Shown one piece after another: positions 26,598 to 40,579 of a stretch of 64,000 nt of DNA; position 1 is the first letter of the stretch; every line of letters starts with the position of its first letter. The stretch is taken from positions 37,329,679 through 37,393,678 of the forward strand of contig NC_090397.1 in NCBI RefSeq assembly GCF_036365525.1, in the 5' to 3' direction. Origin of the DNA: Heterodontus francisci (lineage: Eukaryota). The translations under genes were made by a program, and so were the position numbers. The notes beneath the pieces are model-generated. The model made no database searches and was not told where the DNA came from. It saw only the letters and a list, made by a program, of their open reading frames with translations.

Positions 26598-28650
26598 TTA
26601 TCACAGAATGGTTACAGCGCAGAAGGAGGCCATTCAGCCCGTCATGTCTGCGCTGGCTTTCTGAAAAAGCAATTCACCTAATACCATTCCCCGACCTTCT
26701 CACCGTAGCGCTGCACATTTTTCCTTTTCAGATAATCCAATTCCCTCTTGGACGCCTCGATTGAACCTGCCTCCTCCACACTCTCAGGCAGTGCATTCCA
26801 GATCCTAACCACTTGCTGCATGAAAATGCTTTTCCTCATATCTCCATTGCTTCTTTTGCCAACTACCCCAAATCTGTGCCCTCTTGTTCTTGATCCTTCT
26901 ACCAGTGGGAACAGTTTCTCCCTATCTACTTAGTCCAGACCCCTCATGATTTTGAATATCTCTGTCAAATCTCTTCTCAGCCTTCTCTTCTCCAAGGAAA
27001 GGAGACCCAACTTCTCAAATCTAGCCACGTAACTGAAGTTCCTCATCCCTGAAACTATTCTTGTGAATCTTTTCTGTACTCTCTCTAATGCTTTTACATC
27101 TTTCCTAAAGTGTGGTGCCCAGAACTGAACACAATACTCCAGTTGAGGCCGAACCACAATTTTATACAAGTTTAACATAACTTCCTTGCATTTGCACTCT
27201 ATGCCCCTATTAATAAAGCTTAGAACGTAGTATGCTTTATTAACTGCTCTCTCAATCTGTCCTGTCACCTTCAATGACTTATGCACATGCTTTTGCACCT
27301 CCTTGTACCCTTTATTTTATATTGTCTCTTTGCATTCTTCCTACCAAAATGAATCAATTCACAATTCTCCATTAAATTTCATCTGTTACTTGTGCCCATT
27401 CCACCAACCTGTCTATGTCCTTTTGAAGTTCTACACTATCCTCCTCACTGTTTACAATGCTTCCAAGTTTTGTATCATCCACAAATTTTGAAATTGTGCC
27501 GTGCACACCAAAGTCTAGGTCGTTAATATATATCAGGAAGAGCAAATGTCCCAACATCGACCCATGAGAAACTCCACTACAAACCTTCCTCCAGTCCGAA
27601 AAACAACCATTAACCAGTACTCTGTTTCCTGTCACTCAGCCAATTTTGTATTCATGTGGCTACTGTTCCTTTTGTTCCATGACCTGTAACTTTACTCACA
27701 AGTCTGTTGTGTTGCACTTTATCAAATGCCTTTTAAAAGTTCATGTGCACCACATCAACTGCATTGCACTCATCAACCCTCTGTTACCTCCTCAAAAAAA
27801 CTCCAGCCAGTTAGTTAAACATGATCTGCCCTTAACAAATTCATGCTGGCTTTCCTTAATTAACATGCATTCGCTGAACAGACTATTAATTTTGTCCTGA
27901 ATTATCCTTTCAAGAAGCTTCCCCACCACCAAGATTAAACTGTCTGGCCAAGAGTTGATGGACTTATCTTTACATCCTTTTTTGAACAAGGGTGTAACAT
28001 TTGCAATTCTCCAGTCCTCTGGCACCGCCCAAGTCTACAGAAGACTGGAAAATTATGCCCAGTGCTGCCACAATTTCCACTCTCACTTCCCTCCGTATCC
28101 CTGGATGCATCTCATCCAGTCCTGGTGCCTTATCCACTTTAAGTACAGACAACCTATCCAATACCACCACCTTATCTATTTTAAATCCTTCAAGTGTCTG
28201 CATTACCTCTGCTTTCACCATGACCTGTGCAGCATCTTCTTCCCTGGCAAAGACAGTTGCAAAGTATTCATTTAATACCTCGGCTATCACCCCTGCCTCC
28301 ATGCGTAAATCCCCTTTTTGGTCCCTAATCGGCCTCCCTCCCGCTTTTACCACCCTTTTATTGTTTATATGCCTATAGAAGACTTTTGAATTCCTTTTTA
28401 TGTTAGCTGTTAGTCTCTTTTCATACTTTTTCTTTGCTACTCTTATTTGCTTTTTCACTTCCCCTCTGAACCTTCTATATTCAGCTTGATTCTCATTTGT
28501 ATTATCCACCTGACACCTGTCATAAGCACACATTTTCTTCTTCTTCTTAATCTCCATCTCTTCCGTCATCCAGGGAGCTTTGGATTTGTTTTCCCTACCT
28601 TTCCCCTTTGTGGGAATACACATTAAAGATAGCTTGGGCACAGTCAAAGG
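26598..28650 (-). mobile_element. CR1 LINE ORF2 (RT) and 3' end, disrupted
   Basis: ORF relics KAPGLDEMHP, PEDWRIANVTPLFKKG, YINDLD...KFVDDTKLG and VRPQLEYCVQFWAP. Confidence 0.93.
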
Positions 28651-29722
28651 CAGCCCATTTACAGATTGGAAGGATTTATTTTTGTTTCTGCTTTAGTCAC
28701 TCAGTTTTTTCTTCCTTTTAGCTTCAGACTTTTTCCCTCCTTGGGTTCTCCGGATTTTCTTTGGGAGGTGATTTTTTGGCAGGGGGATGGCTACAGTTTT
28801 CCAATGTTAACTCTCCCATAGGAGATGATTCTATGGTTTCATAGTTGTTGTTTTGACTAGGTATGCGTTCTTCATGTATGCATGTACTTACTAGACTACT
28901 GGACTGTGGACAACATCATTGCAGACCCTAGCCTTCCTTCACTTGATATGTGTATACCCACACATGTACATAGAATTTCAACAAGCATTGCTTGGTAATT
29001 ATGAGTGGGCACTCTCTGGTGGGAGAGTCCAAAACCATGGGGCATATTCTTCTAATTCGAGCAAGGCCATTTAAGGTGGGGTCAGCACACACTTCTTCAT
29101 ACCTAGCCTAGTGGAAATCTAGAACTCTCTCCCAAAACGCTGAGGCTATGTCAACTGAAAATTTTAATACTGAGATTGCTTTTTATTAGGTAAGGGTATT
29201 AACGATTAAGGAACCAAAGCGGATAGATGGAGACAAGATACAGGTCAGGCATAGTGAAAGTGAATGGCAGGCTTGTGGGGCTGTATCTCTCACTCCTATT
29301 CCTATTTATTCTGTTCCCGCCCGCCCGCCTCACTCCCCCGAACCGGAAAATCAGGGACACTGATGCTAATTGTATCTTAACTGCCACCCAGATTGGAACC
29401 TTCAATTTCCTACTGAAAAGAATGACATAAAATTTTTATTTGCAACATCACACACAAATGTTCACGGATTCTGATATGCGTAGTTAACATTAGACATTTG
29501 TTTCAATAATTGGTCTGAGCTGCTTTGTTAAAGATAAACAGACAAAATAGAATACAAAAGAAATGAAATGACATGAAATTGAGGTGAACGGGAGAACAAA
29601 AGGATAGGGGAGAGACTGAATGCAACTTTAATGACATTATTTCAAGCAAGAAGATGCATTTGCTTCATTAAAAATTCCAGTTAATATCAAGAGTGCTGAA
29701 TATCCATTAGGAAATAACTTAC

Positions 29723-29798
29723 TTCCAACTTTGATTGAGTTCAAGAAATCGGGAAACACCAGTCTGTGCAGAAGCCACATCAATGTGCACTGAAACAG
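29723..29798 (-). CDS. ALG12: ALG12 coding exon 8 (76 nt)
   Basis: CTTTTCCTCCAG| ... |GTAAGT. Translates (A)[24 protein letters not shown](K). Not in the supplied ORF track. Confidence 0.95.
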
Positions 29799-29929
29799 CT
29801 GGAGGAAAAGATGGAGATGAGAATGATGCCAGGAAAAATCATGAAATTTTCACATGAAAATAGTTTCAGAACTATTATTAAGTAACATTCTGCTTTCAAT
29901 ATATGACCATTTAGTGAAATCAGAATGTA

Positions 29930-30960
29930 TCGGCAGTGTTTGATCGAGTATGACATCAAGGAGTCCAAGCAAAACTGGAGTCAATGGAAATCAGGGGAAA
30001 ACTCTCTGCTGGTTGGAGTCAAACCGAGCACAAAGGAAGATGATTGTCTTGCCTCATTTGGACACAGGCTACTTCAGTATCTGAGGAGTCGTGAATAGTT
30101 CTGAACGTTGTGCAATCATCAGCGAACATCCCCAATTCTGACATGATGGCGGGAAGGTCATTGATGAAGAAGCTAAAAATGTTGGGCTTAGGACACCACT
30201 CCGAGGAAATCCTGCAGTTATGTCTTTGGAGGTCAATCATCTCAGTCCCAGGACATCACTGCATTATGATAACTCAATTCCCCACTATCGACATTCTGGG
30301 GGTTACCCTTGACCAGAACCTGAACTAAACAAATCACAAATAGTGTGGCTACAAAAGCAGGTCAAAGGCTAGGAATTCTGCAGTGAGTAACACACCTCCT
30401 GTCTCCCCAATGCCTGTCCACCATCTGTAAGGCACAAGTCAGGACTGTAATGGAATACTCTCCACTTGCCTGGAGGGTGCAGCTCCAACAACACTCAAGA
30501 AGCTCGACACCATCCAGGACAAAGCAGCCCGCTTGATTGGCACCCCATCCACCATCTTCAACATTCACTCCCTTCACCACTGACGCACAGTGGCAGCAGT
30601 GTATACCATCTATAAGATGCACTGTAGCAACTCACTAAGGCTCCTCCGACAGCACCTTCCAAACCCACAATCTTTACCACTAGAAGGACAAGGGCAGCAG
30701 ATGCATGGGGACACCACCATCCGCAAGTTGCGCACAAAGCCACACCCCATCCTGACTGGAAACTATATCGCCGTTCCTTCACTGTCACTGGGTCAAAATT
30801 CTGGAACTCCCTTCCTAACAGCACTGGGTGTACCTACATCCCAAGGACTGCAGTGGTTCAAGAAGGCAGCTCACCACCACCTTTTCAAGGGCAATTAGGG
30901 ATGGGCAACAAACGCAGGCCGAGCGAGCGACGCCCACATCCCATGATCGAATAAAACAAA
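29930..30960 (+). mobile_element. CR1/L2-group LINE fragment with an internal inverted segment
   Basis: RT motif FINDLP...MFADDCT is on the minus strand (30048-30218), while the flanks (ILGVTLDQNLN, 3' tail gggcaattagggatggg) are on the plus strand. Confidence 0.8.
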
Positions 30961-31316
30961 ACTCCTATAGTCCTTGCATCAGTGAGACTATAAATAACTT
31001 GCCACAGGAAATATCCAATCTCTCTCTCATTCCGACTGCTCAGCCATTGGGGAGTGGGAATGTAAAATAAAGAGACAAAGGAAAATCACATCGAGCTACT
31101 CTTGCACACCTCCTACTGGCTAGCCTCAGAATGGTGCCGACATATCACTTGCACAGATTACTTGCCTGACCCTTCACCTAGAAAACTTTGAACGACCAAG
31201 AGAAATCACCTTGAGTACAAGCTAGTGTACAAATCATGCCAACAAAGCAGTAGGAGCCACTAATGGTCCCCAATAACCAGGAAAATCTGAAAAAAGTATA
31301 AATAAGTAGTGTGTTT

Positions 31317-32309
31317 TGTTATGACTGAGGCGGAAGGAGTGCACTGTTTATTCTAGTTTCACTTCTCCACAGATCACAACAAATATTTAAATTTTTTCCC
31401 ACTTACCGATATGGTCAATCATAGACAATATTTTTATCCCAGAATTTAAAGGCAAGAATTTTCTGGAATCAGCCATTATATCACCATACATCTGTTACAA
31501 CATCAGATAGTTGCATAAATTAATTTTAGTTTCCATTTGATTTTTGTATGTGATTTTAACTATGAATTCTGTTTTTGCTTATAGTTACGACTGCTTCAAT
31601 TTTACTGTTAGATTTTGAAGATTTGTGGGTTAAAATTGAAAAGGAGTCCATGGATTTTTTTTTTTTACAAGGGTCGCTGAGAGGTCTGGATTGTAAACAG
31701 TTACTAGAAGGCACTTGTCTCCAAATAATTACGAATGAGAAGATATGAAAAGATGACAGACGTCTGTTTTGCTATACAAATGTGTATGGATGGCCGTCAC
31801 TGGGATTTTTCTATAACAGTTCTTGTCAGGCGACGTTGAAGATCAGTTTGGGCAGGCTTTCCAGGAAAACATACAGCAACAGGAGGTTTCAGGCAGTTTC
31901 TTACACTTGTTTCTCAGTTTCTCAAGAGATAGAAAACTGGCAGGCTTTTTCAAAGAGCTGGAATAGACTGAGCTGGGTGTTGCTCTCTTGGTAAGTTTTC
32001 TCCAACTGTATTTTCAAACCATTGTCCATATCCCAACTCATTCCCAAAGTGAAACCATAAACAATGTCAGGAGTCAAGCCTCCTGACCCCTATAAATCTT
32101 GACCTGTCACTTCTCAGTAAACATCTTTGCCCAAGTCAAAAACAACCTCTGCTGGGTAATTATTTGGAGACAAGTGCCTTCCAGTAACTGTTTACAATCC
32201 AGACCTCTCCATGACCCTTGTAAAAAAAAAAAAAACATCCATGGACTCCTTTTCAGTTTTAACCCACAAATCTTCAAAATCTAACCAAAAAATTGAAGCA
32301 CCCGTAACA
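31317..32309 (-). mobile_element. Solo LTR (same family as 48850-49782) with 4-bp TSD GTTT and an internal inverted duplication
   Basis: TG...CA termini; GTTT at 31313-31316 and 32310-32313. Reverse-complement similarity to 48850-49782. Confidence 0.85.
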
Positions 32310-33514
32310 GTTTTAAAAAAAAACTATAATAACCAAAAACCAAATTCACAGTTATATAAAAATCAAATTGAAGCTAAAATTAATTTATTCAACTATCTGA
32401 TGTTGTGACAGATGCCTGGTGATATAATGGCTGATTCCAGAAAATTCTTGCCTTTAAATTCTTCAAATGTGCTCAATGTTTCACCCTACTGAGCAAAATT
32501 AGAAGTTGATTGGCCAAAACAATAATGGAGATATTGAAACATATTGCAGCAGACATCTATTAATCATCCACCCAAATTCTTGGAACTCCATCTCAGCGAA
32601 GAGCTTTCCAATACAGCAATTTATTGTAGTTTGACTATGTATTCATTGTATTTGTGGACTGTGTGCTCTTTTTATATATATATTATATAAATATAGAATT
32701 TATAAAGAATTCATATATATGTATACACTTTGAGGAGACAACTTATATTGTTGCTTGTTGTTCTTCGCAAAACAATGGAAGTGGAAGCATGCATGTAAAT
32801 GTCATGCAGCGCTTGTCTTTACCATGCCCTAATTCTCAGTGACAGCATGCAAATGGTTGGTTTATGAACAGGTAATAACGAGTGTTGTCAATGACACAAT
32901 ACATGGTAACCCTTAGATTGTCAATAGTTCCAAGGAATTGAAAGCTCCCCGTGCTGGCCAATTTTTATTTTTCATGTACTGTCAGACTAGAACAAACCCT
33001 AGTACAGTAGTGTAATAGTAGTGGTGTAATATTAACCCAAAACTACTAAATTAAAAACACTACAATAAAAATGCAATTTGTCTGCCCTGTCTTTCTTCCC
33101 CATATTATTCTCCCTTCCTTTTGTTTTGATTTTAAAATTTTATTTCCATCTCATATGCACGATTATAACTTTTCTACTAATTCTTCTCTTTTTAATGTTT
33201 AAATATTACTAGCTGTGTAGTTCTGTCTCCAGGTCCCACTATCTGTTTTGAAGGTAAGACCTGAATTGTACAAATTCACCTCTGACCGGCAATAAATCAT
33301 TTTTGACATTGAACGATCAGATGTATAAAGACTAACATAATCTGTCATCGACCTCATTCATACAAATTTAGAAATACTGTAAGATTAGACAGCTTTTAAA
33401 GAAAGTAGAGAGCTTTCAAATCCTTCGGGCATAAATTGACAGCTTGTCTGACATCCAGAACTAGATGAGCAGTGATTTCCTCTAACTAAATAATGGCAAG
33501 ACCAAAGCCATTGC

Positions 33515-34010
33515 GCTGAATTTTCCCAGCATTTTGAAGAGCTGGATATGTGGCGAGGGAAGGTGTTGGGAGGGGAGCTCAATGTCTTCCCGCCACCATG
33601 GCACATTGCCAGCGGAGGGAACCTTGGCACGTGGCCGCCCACTGTGCATCCAAATGAGCCACTTAACGGCCAATTCAAGGGCAGTTCCCATCCCGCAGGC
33701 ATTTTGCTCACGTTGGGAGGAACTGCTGCCACTGCAGATATGTCAGAGGGTAAACCCTGGTGGCCTCCCAGCAGTTTCTGGGGCTGGTGCCCTTTTAATA
33801 GGCACTCCACAGTCCTCAGAGGGGCCGCCCGGTGGCAATGGCTGCCCCTGCGGTAACCGATCTGCCGGCCCTCCAATTGGGCCAGCAGCTCTTAGGGGCG
33901 AGCTGCCGTCCTCAATTGGATGGCGGCCTCATAATTGGCCACTGCCATCAATATGCTGGCCCAGGGTCCTGCAGCCTGCTGAAGCAAGTTGGCTTCCGTT
34001 TTCAGACCTG
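33515..34010. repeat. GC-rich unclassified interspersed repeat, probably a non-autonomous DNA-transposon derivative
   Basis: Abrupt GC-rich block with internal palindromic motifs (ggccaatt/aattggcc, ccaattgg). The overlapping ORFs are uninformative. Confidence 0.45.
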
Positions 34011-34735
34011 GCAGCAGGACATCACCTACAAGTCATATTTGACCCTGATATGAGCTCCCGACCACCTATCTGCGCCATCACAGAGATAGCCCATTTTTAC
34101 CTCCTAACATCGCCTGACTCCATCCCTGCCTCAGCCCATCTGCTGCTGAAACCCTCATTTTTGCCTATGTTACCTCTAGATTACACCATTCCAATGCAAT
34201 CCTGGCTGGCATCCCACATTCTACCCTCTGTGAACTTGAAGTCATCCAAAACTCTGCTGCCCATGTCCTAACTCATATCAAGACCCCTTTACCCATCACC
34301 AGTGTGCGTGCTAACCTTCATTTGCTCCCGGTTAAGCAACCCCTTAATTTTTAAATTCTCATCCTTGTTTTCAAATCCATCTATGGCCTTGCACCCCTCC
34401 ACCTCTAAACCCCTGTAGTCCCACAACCCTCTGACATACCTGCATTTCTCTAATTCTGGCTTCTTGAGCATCTCTGATTTTAATCTCTTAGCCTTCAGCT
34501 GCCTTGGCCCTTAGTTCTGGAATACTCTCCTTAATCCTCTCCGCCTCTCTACCTCACTTTCCTCCTTTAAGACACTATTTAAAACCGTGCTCTTTGACCA
34601 AGCGTTCAGTCATCTGCCTTAATATATCATTAAATGGCTTGGTGTCATATCTGTTTTATAATGCTCCTGTGACGTGCCTTGGAAGTTTTATTATGTTAAA
34701 GGAACGATATGAATTCAATTTGTTGCTGTTGTAAT
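34010..34735 (+). mobile_element. L2-clade LINE 3' part
   Basis: Reverse complement of 20780-21480-type sequence; ends ttgttgctgttgt. Confidence 0.85.
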
Positions 34736-35361
34736 CAACATACTTTAAAACCTATAGATTACTGTTGTTAGGTAAATGCGGCAGCAGAATTTATATACAC
34801 CTAGGTCCTACAAACAGCAAATGAATGATAAATTGGCTTTAGGTGAAAGAGGAACACTGCACAGGACCAGGATCCTAAAGATGGCTATTTAAACAATGCA
34901 ATACTTCTTCAATACTACACTGAAGTCTCAGCCCAGATTATGTGCTCATGTCCTTAGTGGGGCTTGAACTCACAATTATCTAATTTAGAGGTAAGAGTAC
35001 TACCAAATGAACCAAGGTGATCAAGATGATTCTTGCAAAGTCTGTAACTAGTTACTCAGAAGGGGCAGAGAACGTGGATGGGCATGTAAAGAGCACAATT
35101 CCTGTAAAGTCAATTTAATGTTGCAGTATCAATCTCACTGCAGTCAAACATAAAACCTTGGGTTGCCTGTATCTTATTTTGCAAAGGTTGTCAAAATTTA
35201 CACACTCCTTACAAGGATAACACCACTAATGGTAAATGGACAACCTATCCAAATTAAAAGTCATTACCCATTGATTTGTTTTTACACAACTGCAAAATTC
35301 AACAACCTATGTTGTCGGCCAATCATGGAAACAGGTAGTGAACTGGTGAACACCACATACA

Positions 35362-36700
35362 AACATACGAATTAGGAGCAGAAGTAGGCCATTTGGCTCC
35401 TCGAGCCTGCTCTGCCATCCAATAAGGTCACGGCTGATCTGTTTGTGTCTCGAATTCCACACTCTCATCTACCCCCAATAACCTTTGATTTCCCTTGCCT
35501 ATCTATCTACCTCTGCCTTAAAAATATTCAATGACCCCGTCTCCACCACCTTCTGAGGCAGAGTTCCAAAGTCACACAACCCTATGAGAGAAACAAATTC
35601 TCCTCATCTAAAACGGCAATCCCTAATTTTAAAACAGTGCTCCCTAGTTCTGGACTCACCCACGAGAGGAAACATCCTTTCCACATCCACCTTGTCAAGA
35701 CCATTCATGATCTTATATACTTCAATCAAGTCTCCCTCACTCTTCTGAACTCCAGTGAAAATAAGCCCAGTCTGTCCAACCTTTCCTCACAAGACAACCC
35801 GCTCATTCCAGGTATCAATCTGGTAAACCTCCTCTGAACCGCCTCCAAGCATTCACACCATTCCTTAAATAAGGAGACCAAAATTGTACAGAGTATTCGA
35901 GAAGTGATCTCACCAATGCCCTGTATAACTGAAGCGTCACACTTTATTTTCAATTCCTCTCGAAACAAAGGATAGCATTCCATTAGCCTTCTTTATGACC
36001 TGCTGTACCTGCATACTAACTTTTTGTGACTCATGCAGGAGAACACCTAGGTCTCTCTGCACCTCTGAATTCTGCAGTTGTTCTCTGTTTAAGTAATACT
36101 CTACTTTTTAACTCTCCCTGCCAAAGTGAACAACTTCACATTTTCCCACATTATCCTCCATCTGCCAGATTTTTACCCACTGACTTAACCAATCTAAGTC
36201 GGTCTGCAACCTCCTTATGTCCTCTTCACAACATACTTTCCTACCTATCTTTGTGTCATCTGCTAATTTAGCTACCAAGCCATCGCTCCCTTCATCTAAG
36301 TCATTGATATAAATTGTAAAAAGTTGAGGATCCAGCATAGACCCCTGCGGGACTCCACTCATCACATCCTGCCAATTAGAAAAGGACCCATTTATGCGCA
36401 CTCTGTCTTCTGCCAGCCAGCCAATCTTCTATCCATGTTAATATGTTACCCACTACAGCATGAGTGCCTACTTTGCACAATAATCTTTTATGTGGCACCC
36501 TGTCAAATGCCTTCTGGAAATCCAAGTAAAGTACGTTATCCTTTATCCACAGCGCGTGCTATACCTTCAAAGAACTCCAATAAATTGGTTAAACAGGATT
36601 TCCCTTTCACAAAGCTATGCTGACTATTCCTGATTACCTTGAGTTTTTCTAAGTGCCCAGATATAGCCTCCTTAATGATCGTTTCTAACATCTTCCCCCA
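35362..36700 (-). mobile_element. CR1 LINE (RT and 3' end), ending about 25 nt from an ALG12 donor site
   Basis: ORF relics GVPQGSMLDPQLFTIYINDLD...KLADDTKIG and LEAVQRRFTRLIPG. Confidence 0.92.
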
Positions 36701-36725
36701 CGACAGACATAGCAGGGTAACAGAC

Positions 36726-36895
36726 CTGTTGTTGAAGGCACAGTCTCATGTAGCTTTTGCATGGCGACTCCACCGGGGTAGTTGTAGTGGGATACATACA
36801 GTAGCATCCCAGTGTAGCAGGCATTTACCAGTAGATGCGTGATCACAATAAAGGATCCTAACTTATACAGAAAGGATTTGCGATAATTGATCATT
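36726..36895 (-). CDS. ALG12: ALG12 coding exon 7 (170 nt)
   Basis: TTGCACAG| ... CAG|GTCTGT. Translates [56 protein letters not shown], containing the ALG12 motif NYPGG. Confidence 0.94.
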
Positions 36896-36954
36896 CTGTG
36901 CAACAAAACAAATAGAAGTATTTAGTGATGTGCTTTTACCAGTCAACACATCTA

Positions 36955-38515
36955 GGAACACAGGCATAGGAATAGACTATTCAGGCTCTCGAGTCTGTTT
37001 CAATACTGAATTAGATCATGACTGATCTGTACCTCAAACTCCTTCTCCGCCTTTGTTCCATATCCCTCGATGCTCTTCGCGAAATTTATCCATATCCATG
37101 AAAATTTCAACTAACCCAGAACCCACAGCCATTTGGGAGACTGAGTCCTAGATTTTCGCTACCCTTTATGTGCAATGGCCCAGCTCTAATTTTACAATTA
37201 TGCCATTTTGTTTTCGATTCCCTCACCAGTAAAAATTGTTTCTTTGTATCCACCTTATTGAATCTCATCATTCAAACACCTTGATTAGATCACCTCTCAA
37301 TCTTTTAAATCTAAGGGAATAAAAGCCAAGTTTATGCAACCTATGCTCATAATTTAACCCTTTTAAGCCCTGGTATAATTCTAGTGAATCTATGCTGTAC
37401 CCTTTCCCGAAGTTTGGTGTTTGAAACTCAATGCAGTATCCCAGATAGAGTCTGATCAGTGCTCTGTACAGCTGAAGCATCACTGCTTCACTGTCCACCC
37501 ACCCTAAGGTAAAGGTTAGCATTCCAACAACAATGTATATTTATACAGCACTTTTAATGTAATAAAACGTCCCAAGGTGCTTCACAGGAGCAGTATAAAA
37601 CAAAATATGACACTGAGCCACATAGGGAGGTATTAGGTCAGATGACCAAAAATTTGGCCAAAAGGTAGGTTTTAAAGAGCGTCTTAAAGGAGGAAAGCAA
37701 GGTAGAGAGTAAGAGAGGTGTAGGGAAGGTATTCCAGAGGTTAGGGCCTAGGCAACTGAAGGCATAGCCACCAATGGTGGAGCAATTAAAATTGGGGATG
37801 CCCAAGAGGCCGGAACTGGAGGACCACCGATATCTTGGAGAGTTGTGGGACTGGGGGAGATTACAAAGCTAGGGAGGGTTGAGGCCATGGAGAGATTTGA
37901 AAATCAAGACATTGCTTCACTGGGAGCCAATGTATGTCAGCGAGCACAGGAGTGATAGTGGAATGGGATTCAATGCGAGGTAAGACATGGGCAGCAGAGT
38001 TTCGGACGACCCCAAGTTTACGGAGGGTACAATATGGGAGGCTAGGCAGGAGTGCGTTGGAATAGTCAAGTCTAGTAAATGTTTTGATTAGTTTTGTACC
38101 TGTGCATTCGATGTTACTGATTTAAGTGCATGGACACCTAAATCCCTTTGCTCCTCCGCAGCTCCAAATCTCTCTCCATTAAAATATTCAGTTCTATTTT
38201 TCTCAGATCCAAAGTGGATGACCTTTCACTTCCCCACATTGAACTTTGCTCACTTAGTCTGTCTATCTTCTTTTGTAGCTTCCTACTTCCATTTATGCAA
38301 CTTACTATCTCCTAACTTAGTGTATTCTGCAAACTTAGATATACAAATCTCTATTGCTTTATCCAAGCCATTAGTATACAGTGAAAAGCTGAGGCCTTAA
38401 TACAGATCCTGGTCACACCCCATCAATCAGAGAATGAAAGCTTTATTCTTACTCTATCTTGTACCTTCCATCCAATTAACCTCCAAATTTTACCTTCAAT
38501 TCCATGTGATCTTTT
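36955..38515 (-). mobile_element. Old CR1 fragment interrupted by an L2 3' fragment (~37525-38075)
   Basis: CR1 relic QLYRALIRLYLGYCIEF...RLRGDLIKVF. The central part is highly similar to 20780-21340. Confidence 0.8.
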
Positions 38516-39100
38516 GTGTTCTTATACAACAAGTTTATAGATACTGGGTATGATCCCAGTTCATCAGAGGCACAATGCAGGCCGATATTTCCTTCTGCTA
38601 CAGTAGTTTTTTTTAATAAAGACTGGAGTTCAGAAAATTTGTTTCTCATTCCTTTTTATAATATAAAAAGTCAAAGCACTTTGCCATTCTGAAACTAATG
38701 CTGAAATAGAATATAAATAATGCAACAATCAGGGTATAAAAATATTGTATATTCACAAATGAGGTCCTTGTATTTTTTTTTCTTTGTCCATCTCGTAGAC
38801 CTTTCCAAATTGAATTAAATGGACACATGTCTGCTCCTTTGGGAAACATATATTTGGAAGAGAACGATTATTGGAGGAACATTAATAAGAACAAATTGGC
38901 ACATACTTATTCAGTGTTGCATAACCAGACCCTTACCTTTACAGCGTGTGCCAATGCGGGCTTAACAAGCCTAATAAAAAAGGTGCTAGTAATGCAAGAC
39001 TAATTTTAAATGTCTCATCACCTACATAACATCTGCTTTACAAAAAGTACAGTCAATTTAAACTCTTGACATTTTAAGTTCAATGCCATTGAATACTTAC

Positions 39101-39324
39101 AGGTACGAACACCCTATTGCTGCAACGACATTCAAGACAGGAAAAGTGTAGATTATGAAGCGCAACTCCTTGTGAGGTAGGAATGAATATAAAAATATGA
39201 AACCGAGTGTCGGGAATAGTAGCCTCCAACTCCTCCGGTCCCTAGCTCCAAAAGGCAGAAAAATTATACTGCAACCAAGAGCACGAGGCAGCACCGAGTA
39301 AAAATACCAGAAAAAGGGTGATGT
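39101..39324 (-). CDS. ALG12: ALG12 coding exon 6 (224 nt), downstream of the U12-type intron
   Basis: TTTAG|ACATCACCC ... |GTAAGT. Translates [17 protein letters not shown]...[29 protein letters not shown]; HKELRF is the GT22-family motif. Confidence 0.95.
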
Positions 39325-40579
39325 CTAAATAGATTCTGAGTCAAGGAAACACAAAAACTTGCAATCTGTTACTTAAGTTATTAAACTCAAAAAAAAAAAT
39401 CTACATTTAAGGAACCAGCAAATAATACTGCAGTTAATATTGTACAAATTTTCAGCCTATCTAATAGAAAATCAATTGAAATTAGTCAAGGATATTGATG
39501 GATTGTCAAGCCCATAGAACTGAATTGATCCTCAAACTTATGAGTCATCTTTTCAAATTTCCTTCCAGAGACAACTTCTAATACTCCAAGGTTAAGCACA
39601 GTATGGATTAGATGCAGAGAAAAGCTCCCTCGTCTCTGTTCCAAAATTTTTTTTCTGGTCCCCCCCAACCCAACCCCACAGGAGGCAGTAGGCAATGTGA
39701 CATTTCCATACTTATGGTTCCTTGGAGGCAGATTGCCAGTGAGTGACAAATTATGGATACTTTTATGTTGTGGATTCATGCCCATTAACAATGATTTCAG
39801 ATGCTTACAGCCAGAAGGCAACGAAGACTTTTGTAACATCAGTCTGTACTGGATTTGAGCCCATACCCTAGAGGTGAAAGGACAGTGTGTTTAATTCATG
39901 GTACTAATTAGTTCCACTTGCATCAGCGTTAAAATGAAACATTTTTTTTGAAAAAGCAATCTGTATCTCAAAGCAGTATGGTACTGAGAAGCAGGCCATT
40001 TTTAAAAATAATTCACATCTTTCTCAACAAATCAGAACCCTACCTTTAGCACACTGATAATTGCAGTGAAACTGCCCTCTTTAGGGATAACATTTACAAT
40101 TATGTTTTCCTGGCTTAGCACCTCACCTGCCAGATGTACATCAGGAATTCTCCATTTGTAGCTCATTTTCTGTCTACTAATTTTAATGGATGAAAAATCA
40201 TGGACTCCAAACACTCAATTCCTAAAATATGCTTCCAGCAGTAGAGACCATGCCAGATGCATGCAATTAGAAAATTTACACGTTATAAAATAATCTTAAA
40301 CTGTGACAAACTTCGTAAACATCGAGTTACCGGCGGGGGTGGGGGTTGTGAAATTCCTACCTTCATTAATTTTTGTGAAATGCTGATGTCAAACAGTACA
40401 AAGTGACTTCTCCCACATAGCTTTAAAATTACTGATGAACATCAAAATCATATTGGAAGCAAGAGCCTGATAATGTTTTTCTCTTGAATCTAATACTGAC
40501 AACAGAGATAATGAATGTCTGGGAGTAATGGTTGAGATGATACACAAGCCCTCACGGTTTACAACCTTCAGTTTATCTT

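Noticed and set aside
27970-28647. 225-aa ORF as a host gene
   Set aside because: It is a CR1 ORF2 fragment with frameshifted neighbours.
33385-34271. 245-aa and 163-aa ORFs
   Set aside because: They run across a GC-rich repeat into an L2 fragment out of frame, with no coherent domain.
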